From the human T2T-CHM13v2.0 reference genome, Homo sapiens, in the NCBI RefSeq assembly GCF_009914755.1, contig NC_060926.1: DNA of 64,000 nt, one strand, 5' to 3'. Within the stretch, counting starts at the first letter, position 1. Each line of letters begins with the position of its first letter. The notes under the pieces were generated by a model. That model saw only the letters and a program-made list of their open reading frames with translations. It was not told the origin of the DNA and did not search any database. Of the stretch, positions 1 to 13,835 are shown in pieces. The translations under genes and the position numbers were made by a program.

Positions 1-2039
1 TTTTCATGGAGTCTATAAATTCATTATTTCAACCCTCCATACCCATAATAAAAAGAGCTCAATTATAATTAAAATACTATGTCTACTCACATTCAGTGGT
101 ATTCCACTTTTTAAAAAATGTTTAACGTCTTTGTTAAAACACAGCAAACTTACAGAATAAGACCACAGATCTTAATAGTATTGTAAGAGTATTTTTAGTT
201 GGGACATTTTAAAATAAAATTTGTTTCCCAGGCTTGTATGTTTGTGACTCCTTTTTCTGGCAATTAATTGTAAATTTTCTCTACTGAGTTAAATACACAA
301 AACTGGGTATAAATTGTCTCTTGTCTAGGTACAGACCAACGAAAATATCGTTTTATGTCTGTTTATCTGACATAAACTTCTCTGGAGTAGGAGACATGTC
401 TTACTGATCTTTGTAGTTCCGGCACTAAATGAATTTTTAAAACAATGTGCTTTGTGGTGGTTGTTTCAAGTAATTCCTCCTAGAACAATCCATAGTAGTT
501 AGGAGCAATGATCTCAAACTACTGAAATGGGGAATCAGAAGGAAGAGGGTGGCGAGAAGGTGAATGGCAGAGATGGAAACAATGCTTAATTCAATCCATT
601 TTGTTGACAGTAAATTCAAGAATTAACTGTTTACATCTCTCCAAATGTTCCTATCTGCCTTCTGAGCTCTGTTATACAGCTACTACCAGAGGACTAGGTG
701 GACTCTAGTATTCACATTTTCTACATGTCGAAGAAGTATTATTACTACTTAGTTTCCAGAAATTTCATCTCAGTGGCTTAAAAGTTTATGAGAGAAAAAG
801 GGAAAAATTAAATGAGCAAATCAAGTCTTTTGACCAGGCTAATGAATTTTGCAGTCTTCAAAGGGTTACCTGAACTTCTGCTAGTACAACTTGCCAGCCT
901 TAAATGCAGAGAGCAATGGTGGAGAGAACAGTAAAACTGTACTATAAAAATAAATTACTGTCATGAATATTAAGCAACAAGAATATAATAAACATGACTG
1001 TTTGCATGATTCTGATTTATTGGTACTGATATGCTTATAAATTATGACACTAAGTGTTTATTCTAGTTGTTTCAGAATATGGGCCAAACAAAGCTGGGTG
1101 GACACTTCCTGCAGACCTGACCATCTGCCACCAAATTCCTACTTCATCGCTCTTGTCATTGCGTTTCTTATGTCAGTGGCATCAGGGCCATGTATGAACA
1201 ACCATTCCCTTTTAGTTCACTTTGCAGACTGAAGTAGGTTGCCTTTCCAGGACCTGGTGTGACAACCATCATCATGAAGTTTGTGATGTCTTGCAGTGGA
1301 ACAACTGCAGCTGCAAAGCATCCTGAAGGCTGTTCCAACTTACGCTGTTAAACAGTACTCACTTTTGACATAAGAGGGTCCATTACTGTATTTATGAACC
1401 TCTTGGCACCAGATTGGGGATTTCCCAATGCGAAGCAGCACTGCATTTTGCATACTTGCTTAGCGGTGGGGGCTCCATAAAACTGGTGCTGAGAAGTTAA
1501 AGACCTAAAAACAAACAAACAACAACAAAAAAAAAACAAACTGTGTATTCATATAGAGTATTTCAACTGCCATAAGATAACTACACAAATAGCACTGTTG
1601 TTCTTTCTAATATCCACAAGTAAAAGTTATTAAGATTTGCTATCGGTTTTTACATTATTTGGAACCAGATATTTGTTCAACAGATGGCTAGAATAAGGTA
1701 TCACATGAGAAAATAGCATTCTCCTGCTTCAGGTTTTTAGCTTTCATGTTACATCTCATCAAAAGTTACTTCAGGAGATTAATTATTTTAAAATTTTCTT
1801 TTCTCTAATGTTGGTGGAAACCTGCAAGGAAGACAGCCAGTAAATTTACAGTAAGCTTAATGAAAGATGCAATTTTCACACAGTAAAGTATGCTATAAGG
1901 GTATAAGTTGGTGCTGCCTGTAAAGAACTATTTATGATATAAACTTAGCTGTAGATGAAATGCCAAAGTTCATGATGAGACAAGGCCTGTTACTGCTTTG
2001 AATCAGAACTCTTAGAAAATTTGTAGAAGGACTTTTGGC

Positions 2040-2480
2040 TATATTTAGCAAAAGCCTTTAAAATGTGCATGCATTGTACTGACAGTTATATATCTAGAAA
2101 TTTACCTTAGGACATTTTCAGAGATATGCACCAGGATGTATACAAACTTGCCCCTCAAAACGTTACTTATAATACTGAAAAATGTAGAAGTATGTGTACA
2201 AACTTAAGGAAGGTTAGATAATGGCCCATTTATATTATGAAATACTAAGCAATTGGTAAATTGTGATATAGAAAGCATTATTTCACAAGGTAAAACACCA
2301 GTAAATATTAAGAGAATATAAGTATGATATGGCATGTATAGTATAAGCCTATTGTAAAATATGTTTGTAAATATTTATATGTAGAGAAAAGAATGAAAGG
2401 ATTTACTTCAAAATATTAGCAGGGAATGATTATACAGGTTTTTTTCTCTTTTTTGTTTTCCTGTGTTCTGCAAGTTTCTG
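2040..2480 (+). mobile_element. Very old L1ME-like 3' fragment
   Basis: ttggctatatttagcaaaagcc...tctagaaatttaccttagga...attatgaaatactaagcaatt pattern. Confidence 0.5.
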
Positions 2481-2571
2481 CACTAAGTATATTTGTAGTG
2501 ATTTTTTTTTATGTATAAGAAGAGGGTGAGTAGATAATGTTGGGGGGGATTTCAGAATCAGTTGTTTGAAG

Positions 2572-2745
2572 GCTTCTCAAACCTGGCTTTTTGATCCAAC
2601 TCACCTTTGTGGAAACAGATTCCTGGACCCACCCAGGTAGATGTTGATTCATTATGCCTAGGGTAAGTTTCCAAAATGTTTTCTAAAAAAAATCATGAGG
2701 AAACCCTCAGGTGATCCTGGCGGCAGTCACATTTGGGAACCATTG
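2572..2745. mobile_element. MER5-like hAT MITE
   Basis: cttctcaaac...cagattcctggacccaccc...caggtgatcctg...tttgggaaccattg. Confidence 0.6.
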
Positions 2746-3727
2746 ATTTTGGTTCTTTTTCCTTGGTGAAGCCAAATAAGAGGAGAGCAGCTCTTCCTAC
2801 TCGTAGTATGTTGACATCACAGCACCTTGTCCAAGCCATGCTATATGCTCCTCAAGGAGAGTACTGAAGAAGTAAGAGGTACATTCCCTGAACTAGAGAA
2901 GAACATGTGAGCACATGTGATCTAGCAGCACAATGAATGATGAAGACAATAAATGTTCTACAGAAGGGAGAGACAAAAATGCAGTGTTTGGGAGGCCTTC
3001 ATGAAGGAGGCATTAAGAGTATATGGAGTTTGGAGAGCCAGCCAGGGAATGTTGGCTCCAGCCAAGCACTGACTCCAGCCCTGAGACCAGGCTGCTGTTT
3101 TGTGGAAAGTGAGGAATTGGGGTTGAAGGCAGCAATGATTTTGGAGACAGCAGTAGGAAACAAAGGAGAGCAGATACAGTTAATCCAGTATTGTGAATCC
3201 CTGAAAGCAAAGCAGTAATTTTTTATCCTCCTGCCTATCACAGAACTTTCCACAGAAAAGGGACTCAGTAAATTCTTGGTCAATAAATTAACTAATTAAT
3301 TGCGGAGAATTCAATACTGCAGATGGGTTAAATTTTATGCTGCAGGCAGGGAAACTCCATTAAAGATTTTTGAGAAAGGTAGTGGAAAGCAGAAACCCAT
3401 GTTTTAGAGAAGATAATGTGGTGGTAATTGTCAGGATATGTTTAAGAGGGGAAGGGAAGCAGGAAACCCCATTGTGATTTGGCACTACATTTGGCTATCG
3501 CCCAAATATAACCTTGGGCAAGTGACCTGAGTCATCTGGGACCCATGCATGGATATGCCTCAAGAGGCTCATGTGCCACTCCCCAGAAGATTGGCCAAAT
3601 TTATGTACATGTGAATCTGTGTATTTTCTGGAGCAAGATTCCTAGATGTGTGACACCTCCCCTCCACCCACCCCCCCCCACCAAAAAAAAGTTATAGAGT
3701 GTTACTGAAAGTATACTTTAAAGACTG

Positions 3728-3880
3728 GTAGCATCAGAATCACCTCGGATCATGTTAGACTGTAAATTTGAGGTCCCCACTCCAGACCTCCTTTATGATA
3801 ACCAGTGAATATAGAGTCTAGGAATCTCTTTTTACAAGCTCTCCAGGTTATTAATATGCAGGCAAAAGTTTAAGAAGCAT
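3728..3880. mobile_element. MER5A-like hAT MITE
   Basis: gcatcagaatcacct...ccccactccagacct...ggaatctctttttacaagctctccaggt...aaagtttaagaa. Confidence 0.7.
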
Positions 3881-4226
3881 CTAGTAGCTTGGTTACATCT
3901 AAGGTGTTCACCAACTTAAAAATATTTCACTATTTTGCAAAAGAATAAAAGGAAGAAATGAAGGAAAAGAAGAAACTTTATGTAAAAGATTACAAAAAAG
4001 AAAAGTTGCAATGATTTAATGACATCTCGGTTAAACGGTCTTGGAAGAAATAGATGGGTTAGGGTTTGAAGCTAGATAACCAAGAGGATAGAAATGTACT
4101 TGACAGAAATTGAGAAGCTGTGTTGATGAGTTGTTTTGCACACAGTAGAAAACTGAGTCAAACACAAATTATCAGTCAGATGATTATTCTTACTGGCATT
4201 GCTCCTACAGACAGAATCCGGACAGT

Positions 4227-4826
4227 TGTAGGGGCAAAAAAGTACAATACATTTTCCTTACCCATTTTGAGGGCCATGGCTGACACCTCTATAACAAAAG
4301 AAAGATTAGTAAGGGGAAAGCATAACAGATTTATTTAATCAAAAGTGTGACACAGGAACTTTCAGAAATGAAGATCCGAAGACCTAGGGAAAACTGTGCA
4401 TTTTTATGTTAAGGTTTGATAGAGAACGAACAGCCATGTAGAAATGTGGTTGGACAAAAGTATGATCTAATGGTAATAGACTGGGGGTAGGGAGTGGAAC
4501 TCAGCAAGGCCTGTTTGCTAGATTCTTTTCTGTGTCTCTGTATGACATTCCTTCCTCTGGGTACAGGGCAGGACACCCATCACATCAGGGTCTTCAGGGG
4601 AGAAGACAGAAAGTTAGAGAGTGACATTTCTAGGTTTTATGGCTTGCTTTGAGGAAGAGTTCTAGTTTATATGATCAGCTTCCGGGGAGAAATGAGAGGA
4701 GAAAGGAGTGCAGGCAAAGATCAGAGAGAACTTCCTGCTTCTGAGGCCCTTCTAATCTTCTTCAGTTCAAAGCACTCAGCATGCCAAAGGACCATACTTG
4801 GAGGTATCATGTTCTGAGCCCCAACA
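4227..4826 (-). mobile_element. Solo ERV1 LTR, MER39/MER34-like
   Basis: TG...CA termini. The minus strand begins TGTTGGGGCTCAGAACATGATACC...GGCATGCTGAG. Imperfect 4-bp TSD CAGT/CAGG; 600 bp. Confidence 0.75.
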
Positions 4827-6144
4827 CAGGTCAGTGTACCTTTGTAAGGAATTTGTTCAAGATTACCCAACTGAATTTTTACAGTGACTGGAACGTTGAA
4901 TAGCCAGTCAGAAGTTGACAGTGATCAGAACGCAAGTTCGGCCAGATCAATGATACCAAGATATAAGTTGCTGCGTGCAAAAAAAATCAAGCCTAAAACT
5001 TGGATTCTCACGTGAAAAATATAAATGTGTATGCATGTTAAGCCATTTTAGTTCTAGTCCTCATTTTAAATGTCTCGATGGTTCTTGATAAATTATATTC
5101 ACTTTATAGCACATACTTTTATCTGAGTATGTCAATAACAACTCAGACCCCTTCTATCTGCTATCCAAATATAGAACAGAAAGTATAGAAAACTGTATGT
5201 TGGGGGACACCCACTGCCATATAATTGCGACACCACTTCGTACAGTGAGCATGTTTGGAGTAAAAGTAATATGATTGGATGAAGATGTATGATGCAAAAT
5301 TCCTATTACATAGGTTTGAGATTGTTTTACATCTTTAAACAGAGCATTAAGAAATAATCAAAAATGGTTAATTGAACAGGCAAAAATGAACTTTGGCTAA
5401 TTTTGGCATAAGCTCTCCAGCTCTACAAGCCAAAAGATATCTTTAAAGTAAAATCTTTAAAGTAAATGAAACCAACTCCCTTGATTCAAGAAAGAGAAAA
5501 GATCTGCAGATTGAAAAGAACTTTTAACTCTAAGTCTACACTGTCATTAAGTGTACTTAGATTTGTACCATATAATTATTATGATTGTAGCAATTAATCA
5601 ACTGATTAACATGTAGGGTCAGCAGGATCCAGTGATCTTATCTTGAAGCTTGAATTAATTAATTATACTTTCTTCAACATTATTATTTTCTATTTGCATA
5701 CCCAGTTTGTACAAGTTGCCCCTTATTGACAAAATGTGGTTTAGTCTCTGTACTTATCACAGCAGGTATGAGCACTCACTGAAGTACTTTTGCTCATATA
5801 AAGTCAGAATTATAAGGAAACTGAAATGTCGTCAATACTTTCTGAAATAATTGTCTTTTATTTTTCATTATCAAATATATAAATTATACAAATTAATTAG
5901 ATTCTTTTGAATGGTAGGGAACATAAGATCAAATAACTCTTGTCTGAGTAAGTCAAATTCCGCAATACTATTGAAGCATCACGTGGTGGCTGTATTATTC
6001 AGGAAATTCAGCTTATATTGCAAGAAATGCCCCAACCTGCACCTTGCAAACACAAGCTTTTTTAAAAAATATTTTTTAAATATTTTCAAATACATAATCT
6101 CTCTTGCAGAATCTCTTTGGCCAAGTTTTTGCAAAATGTTCAAG

Positions 6145-6245
6145 ATGGCATTATTCCCATTCGTTAGATGAGGAAACTGAAGCAAAACACATGAAGTGGT
6201 TTGTCCAGAGCCTCCCAGATAGCTATTCTGGCAGTAATGGAATTG
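6145..6245. mobile_element. MIR fragment
   Basis: MIR core attattcccatt...agatgaggaaactgaagc. Confidence 0.6.
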
Positions 6246-9200
6246 AAAAGCTCTTTCACCAAATATGTACTGAAGGATTTCTTCAGCACGCACTAATGTT
6301 GAAAGTAGAAACAGTAAGATGAACAGGGCATGGTGTTGCACTCAAGAAATTCACAGTCCAGCAGGGGAAACAGACATGTGATGAGATATTTACAAGTGCA
6401 GCACCATAATAAATGTATGAAGGGCTGTGAGAGCAGAAGGGTAAGAATGTCAGTGCATTCTTCTATTCTGTTGCTCATGGTGTTTCAGAATGACACTCTT
6501 GATGGAGTTGTTTCATATGAAAGAAGAAGGTGGAATGCAAAAGAAAAAAAAAGATTGTGATATGAGACCTGTTGCATATGCTAAAGCAGCTTTTTTCTTT
6601 TTCCTAGAAGCCACTTATTAGCAGGGCCTGTCTCAGTTGGAGGCTCTGCCTTTTTTGCTTACAGACTGTCTGACGCCTTTATAAAGTGGGCCACTGCATT
6701 GTTGATTACTATACACCAGGGTGGTCTGTGAGCCACTGTTTTCTGCCATCCCACAGTGAGACAGCATCTTCTGACGTTCTGGTCTCGTATGTCCTTAGAG
6801 AACGGTTTGTGTTTCCCAAGAAGCTTAAGTCTGGATGATTTACATGTAACATTTTAAACTCCAGTTGTGTAATGCCTTGACTGGGATTTATATATGCTGA
6901 AAACAGTTTTTCAGTTCTGTATATGACAGTTAGTATGTATTGTATTGTCTACCCTCATTTATCTATGAGACCAGAGATGTGACCCACAGTAATGAGGATC
7001 TAAAAAGTGTGTCCTCTACTGCAAAATAACATCATGCAGTAGATGCTCTGACCACATACTATAATCTCATAATCAAATGATTAAGTGCTTGTCAATCCAA
7101 ATAAGACGTGTTTAATTTTGACAAAAAGAAAAGAAAACCGAGAGTAGCAATTGGGTTAAGACATGAAATGGTCAGTTTCTTTCTGCCTGTGTTGAGTTTC
7201 TTTTCACCCACATACTCTTTTGCTTTTTTCCAAGAGAAATGGCACATTTTCTGGATGTGAGAGTTGGTCAAAAGATCACAAAAAAAGTCAAAAAATAATT
7301 CTACTCTGTGAATGAAAAATGGATATTTGTACTTACCCTCATAAGCATTAAAAGAAAATAATGCATGAAATTCCATAGAAATGTGCCTATCATGTTATAC
7401 TGACTCAAACCAGAAGACCTAGAGTATGATATTGCTAATATAATACATGTGGTGGGTATGAGTGGAAGTATGTGTGTGAGATTTATCATTGCCATAGTGT
7501 AAAAGAGTTGAATTAGCTTCCACTTGACTAGATGAGAGCTCTTAGTTCTTATTTTGAAAGCAATCAATTGAGCATGGTTAATTAGGATATCACCAAGTAG
7601 TTAAAAAAAAAAAAAAAAAGAACATAAAAAAAGCAAGGCACTTATTAGAAAGTATACTTTGAATCTGCTCACATTACAGTGCTGATCGAAGGATTATGGA
7701 AAGAATACACCAAAGCAGGAGTTGTTAGGTGCTTTCTACATGAACACATTTTTCTTCAATTTCAACAAATTATTATAGTTATTTTATGTGGTACTGCAAG
7801 GCTGCCTTTATGTGAATCATTGAGTTACAAACAAAGAATACATTTCAGTCATCCAAGCAGTAATTGTAAGAGGACAAGCCAAAAAGATCTCATTTGGGGA
7901 AAAAATTAATCTTTAATTCTGCACTTATTCTGTCCGTCAGAGCTCTTTTATCTCAATTTACAAACATACGTCGCTTTATATAATGTTAAATTACAATGAA
8001 AATTCAAAATAACTAGCAACGTTAACTAGCTATCCAAGATTTATATGGTATCATTGAAGGTATGCCTTTCACTTAAAATGTCCCAGTGTGAGAAATAAAT
8101 TAACTTTTCTCATTAATATGGAAAATAAGAATGGTTTTCATATTTTCACAGACATGCCCTCTTCATTATATTTTGATGGGTATAAGACTCATTTCAAAGT
8201 AGGTCCAGAAATCTAGCAGCCCAAGAGGGCTGAGTATTAATCCTCGGAATATTAGTCCACTCAGAGGATTGATACTGCAGCACCCAGCTTGTTCCCTACA
8301 TCTACTAATAAACTCAATGGGAGTCCTCTTAACCCTGGGCAAGGTTGAACACTTGCATGATTTGAGGTTTTCAAACAAAAGTACAAAAACAAAATGCACA
8401 TTCTGCCCTAATGCTTAGCTGGTTTCTTGTTACTCGAGTTCTATAATTTAAACTTTAGCCTTCTTGTATGCATTAATTTATGAGTTACTGTGCGGCCACC
8501 ACTGAATGCAGCAAGTATCCTGCTATTTGTGTGCTTGAATGCAGAAACATACAAATGTTAAAATTTTACATGCATGCCCTAATTGTTCAAGTAACAGTAT
8601 TAGGCAGATCTAAGTGCTAGTAGCCTACAGGGTAATTCAGATTTGAACATATATTATTTTTCCCTGCAGAAGATTGTTTTTATGTCAAGAATAAGAGCCA
8701 TTTGTTCCTCTTCTCATTCGTGAACTCAAGAGAATAAACTTGGATCTACATGTTGAAGCTGGACATGTCAAGTCCTTGACTGTTCATGTCTACTAAATCC
8801 TTGGGCTATTTTGGGTTTTTCCTTCCCTCCCCACACCTCCTCCTCACGCTTTGTTATAAAACTACTTCAATTTACCTGAAAATAAGTGTGAATCCAGGTA
8901 AAAACCTAAATAATCAGAAATAATGGCTTTAAATTTCTAAATGAAAAGAGTTACCTTGTATCCAGTATGGTAGCAGAGGTTTTCACCACGCCCTGTAGTC
9001 ACAAATAAAATGTCCTATGATTTTCATATAATCACAGTTTTTCCAAAGAAAATCCTTTGCTCATAAAGATGCAGTGTTAGGTGCACATTTCTCCATCTTC
9101 ATCTATCTTTTTGCCATTCTGGGAGTGAACAGTAAGGTAGTCTTTGCAGTTCAACTATATAAAAGAGGGTCGTATCTCTATGAATATAACAAGACATAGT

Positions 9201-11429
9201 GCAAACCACACTTTTAGTCTCAGACCTAGTAATTTATAAGCAAGTCAAAAGATTTCTCTGACTTCATTTCATAACCCCTAGTCAATGTACGTGAGTCTTA
9301 GCATAGTCAGGGTCATAGAGAGCAAGGTATTTCCTAAAAATTCCTATATTTATCAAATACTGTAAAAAAGCAAAACCTCTCTCTAGCAACAAGCTTAATT
9401 TTCTTCTATCATTCATCATCATCATCATCATCAGTGTAACCAGTTGCATAACCAGCATGTGGTTCTATATTTCGATGTTTGCTGAAGAAGCAAGACACTG
9501 AAAGTCAGATCTGTTGTTCATTTCAAAACAGTCCTCAAATTCTCCTTTGGACAAGGAAAGAAAACTTTGGAGAAACTGACATCTCAGTCCCTGGTTAGGA
9601 AGTAAATATGGAAGTGCAAAATGGCATTTTTAAACAAAACTGCTTTCCTGACCGTAACTGAATTTTCACATTGTCAGCACTTCCATTATAAACATTTTTT
9701 TTAGTTGGGAGTTTATAACGCAAATGTAAAGATTTGCTATGGGCTAAATCTCAACCCAAGAGCAAATGTTTATACCAATTTTGAAAACAATCAGCTTGCC
9801 CATTTGTAGTTATGCATGTGTTCATCATCTGTTATTGCTTGTCCAATGCTCTCCAACTTCTGGGAGAAAAAGCAGACATCTGGAGAGAAGAAACAATGTT
9901 TGCTCTCCAGCAGATGTAGTCTGTTTTCCACAATCATTGAATAAGGAAGGTATCGAACAAATGTGTGCCCTTTAATACAAGGAAATGAAAATGACAAGAT
10001 TCTGCCTGCATGCCAATACTGTGGAAATGCTAATTGGACAGTCTATGAATTGGCCACTTTGAACAACTAGAACTCAGAGCTCCACCCATTTTACAGGTGG
10101 AAGGAACTAGTATCTAATATGAATGACAACAGTGAAATACTTTCACCTATAAAGTACATTACACTTTAGGGATTGCCAGAGTAAGTGAAGAATAACCATT
10201 TCACTAAAAACTATTTTTACCACAAATATTTAACATTTTCCAAAATTTTATAAATTGTTTCTTGTCTTCCAGTTTCATGTTGTTGGAGGTTTTTTTTCTT
10301 CTTTTAAATTCCGTCAGTAAACTAAGTAGTCAATTTTTTCCCTGGGGAAAAAAATGATAACTCTAAAAAATGTTATCTAGCTATGGATCCTGATGGGCTG
10401 AGAGATAGATGCTGGGACTATGCAGATTTGTTTTCTCCAAAATGATATAACATTTCAGTTTTCTTTGGTGAAGTGTCTATTTTTATTACCTACCTGAGGT
10501 GGCACTATCATTATTCAAACAGCAAGAATGGTTTACCAAGAAAAGAGTGGGTTGGGAAGTGATTTAAATTCTCCTGCTTCAGGCCCTAATGAGTTCCACC
10601 ACATCAAACAAGTCACGTGTCCGCTCAGATCTGTAGTTTGCTTCTTTAAAATGGGATTATTGAATTAACTAACCTGTAATCATCTTTTCTGGTTCTAAAA
10701 TGTGATGGTTTTATGGTGCTATACCTTACAGTACCTTCCTCGGATGTTTGCAGTTCTTCAGTGAACCAAGTCTTTCATCTGATTTTCCCATAGTATTGGG
10801 TACTGCACCCACTAAGTATTCTCAAGGTTAGGAGCAGAGCCAAATGAAGGAGACAGGAAAGCACCTTTGCCTTGTTTTGAGGAAGGTAAAATTGAAGGTT
10901 TTTACACATGGCAAATCCTGATTGTCAATACAATTCATTTGGTATTGCTGGGGTTTCTGTGGTACGTACTGAAGATGAAATTAAATTCTTGGTTTAATTT
11001 GTTGTATCTATATGGTGGCAGTTAACATACCTCGCTATTTGGTATATAATGTTATTTTATTACCAAAATCCTTACAGTAAAATATGATCTTAAAATTAAC
11101 TCTAGAGTGTGATTACATAGCACTCGTCTCATGTTTCATTTTCACCCAAATCAGCACCATAGGTTGTGCATTTTTGCTGTGCTAAAGTTACATTCCCATG
11201 TTGTTCTAGAGGACTCCTGCAGGAAACTCCTGTATCTCTATGCACTAAGTACATTGTTCATACATAAGACTGTCAATTACTTATATCTTGTGATCAGCAG
11301 AAAAAGTCCACTGCAGTGAATTCACTGAAATACAGGTTTCCTAGTCTTACCCAGAATAAAAATCAGGGAGCATTTAAATTTGTTTGCTATTGTTATGTGT
11401 TCATTTTCAATAAAAGCTATAGTAATACA

Positions 11430-13835
11430 AAGGTAAAATTGTTCTGTATTGAAGTGATTCATACAGATTTTTTCATCAAAATTATGAGCACAACTTTCAC
11501 CCCTAAATGTTTCCCCACGCCCTTTCATAATTTCCTTCCTCCACTCCCTGGTCCCTGCCCCAGAGCAAATAATTTGCTTTTTTATCTGGTTTATTTTATG
11601 TAGAACAATTTATTTTAAATTTCATTAATGCTGTTGTTGTGTATCAAGTGATTTTATTGCTAAGTAGCATTCCACTGTATGGATACAACAAAATTTGCTT
11701 ATGATTTTATTTACTTGTTGATAGACATTTGGAGTGGTCAGTTTGGGCTTATTACAAATAAAGCTGCAATGAATACTTGTGTATAAGCCTTTATATGAAC
11801 ATACGCTTTCATTTCTCTTGCATAAATACCTAGGAGTGGAATGACTGGGTCATATGGTAGATGTATATTTAACTTTAACTGCCAAACTGTATTGCAGAGT
11901 AACTATATCATTTTTCATTCCTACCAGCAGTATAGGAGATATGCATTTCCTCCACATCCTCATTAACACTCAGGATGGTCAGTTAATTGTAGCCATTTAA
12001 GTAGGTTTGTACAGGTATTACATTGTGGTTTGTATTTCCATTTCCCTAATGGTCAGTAATATTGGGCATCTTTTCATGCTTATTTGCCATCTTCATGTTT
12101 TCTTTGGTGAAGTGTCTATTAAAATATTTTGCCCAGTTTTATTAGGATTTTACGTTTTCTGATTATAGAGTTTTGAGAGTTATTTTTGTCTTCTGGATAC
12201 AGTGGAAATACCATCCTTTCTCTTTTTTGTCATCTTTGCATTTTTATCAGATGTCTGTTGTCCATGTAAGTAGAGGTTTATTTTGAGACTGTCCACTTTG
12301 GGTCATTGATCTATACATCTAACTCAATGCCAGAACCACACTTCTTTATTAGTGTAATTTTGATATAAGTTTGAGAGTCAGATAGTTCTCTACTTTTTTC
12401 TTATTCAAACTTGTTTTTGCTACTCTAGGTCAAGGGTCAGCAATTATATTTTTCCTGTGGAGGGACAGAGAGTTGATATTTCAGGGCTTGTAGGCCATAT
12501 GGTTTCTTTTGTAAGTACTCAGTTCTACACTTGCAGTGCAAAAAACAGCCATAGGCAATATGATATGACTGTGTGGCTGTAAAGCTTTATTTACAAAAGA
12601 AGGCAACAAGCTGGAAGTATACCGCAGGTCATAGTTTGCTGGCATTTGTGCTAAGTCCTTTGCATTTCCACATTAACTTTAGAATCATCTTGCTAACTTA
12701 TATATATTTTTAAAAGCTTGCCAAAATTTTAATTGGCTTTCCATTAAACCTGTAGATTAATTTGGGAGGAATTGACATTTTCACAATATAGGGTTTTCCA
12801 ACCAATGAACAAGTTATATCTCATTATTTAATGAGGTCTTCTTTAATTTTTCACAACAGTGTTTTACAATTTTACACATACCTTTGGTCATATTTATCCC
12901 CGAGTATTTCATATTCTTAATTCTATTGTAAATTGTATCCTTATTTCATTTCCTGCTTGTTTGATGCTACTATACAGAATTGTAACTGGTTTTGTATTTT
13001 GTTTTGTACTCTGCAACATTGCAATACTCAATTACTGGTTCTGATAGTTTTTTGGGAGAGCATCAGATGTTCTACATAGAAGATTATGTGATCCTTGGAT
13101 TAAGACAATAATATTTTTTGGCTTTCTAGCTGGATACATTTTTTTTCCTGCCTTATTGCATTGGCTAAATCTCTAGTACCATGTTAAGTAGAAATGATGA
13201 GAGTGGACATTTCTGTCCTGTTCTCTTCTTTAGATGGAAAGCATTCAATCTTTCATTATTAAATATGATGCTAGTTTTAGGTTTTTCCTTCCCATCTGTC
13301 CTGAGTATGCTAAGAGTTTTTAATCACAAATAGATGCTGGATTTTCTCAGAAGTTTTTCTGCATCTACTGAGATGAACATAAGGTTTCTCTTTTCTAGTC
13401 TGTTAATACAACAACTACATTGATAGATTTTTAAAATGCTAAATCAAAACTACATTCCCAGTACAAACCCACTTGGTCATGATATATTCATTTTTGAGTT
13501 TCATTAAAATTTTCTTTAGAATTTTCATATCTATATTTATAAAGCATATTAATCTGAATGATTTTTTTCCACCTTATATCTTTGTATGGTTTTGGTACCA
13601 GGACAATGCTGGCCCTAATTGAATGAGCTACAAAGTACTCCATCCTCTTCAATTTTGTGAAAAAATTTTAACTAGAAATTCAATTTCTCTAATAGACACA
13701 GGAACATTCCTAATTTCAAGGAATTTCTCCATTTCATCTATTTTGCTAAATATATTGGCATAAATTTGTTCATAATATTTTCTTATCATTCTTTTATTGT
13801 CTATGGAATAGTGATGTCATCTCCCTCATTCCTGA
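11430..13835 (-). mobile_element. Old L1M fragment (3' UTR plus ORF2 end), antisense, interrupted by MER58A
   Basis: Typical antisense L1M motifs: aaatacctaggagtggaatgactgggtcatatggtag; tagattaatttggggagaattgacatt; aaacccacttggtcatgat. Confidence 0.8.
12431..12648 (+). mobile_element. MER58A-like hAT-Charlie MITE
   Basis: caagggtcagcaa...ggccatatggtttc...cagccataggcaata...tttatttacaaaa...catagtttgc matches the recalled MER58A consensus. Confidence 0.75.

Noticed and set aside
5439-5466. 14-bp tandem duplication (ATCTTTAAAGTAAA x2); similar short tandem at 16293-16331
   Set aside because: Ordinary slippage duplications; no spacer structure or CRISPR-like array.
5911-6560. Cluster of overlapping 60-120 aa ORFs on both strands
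   Set aside because: No recognisable domain, partly MIR-derived, and lengths within chance expectation. The same reasoning covers the other unannotated short ORFs (e.g. 45166-45528, 57480-57884).
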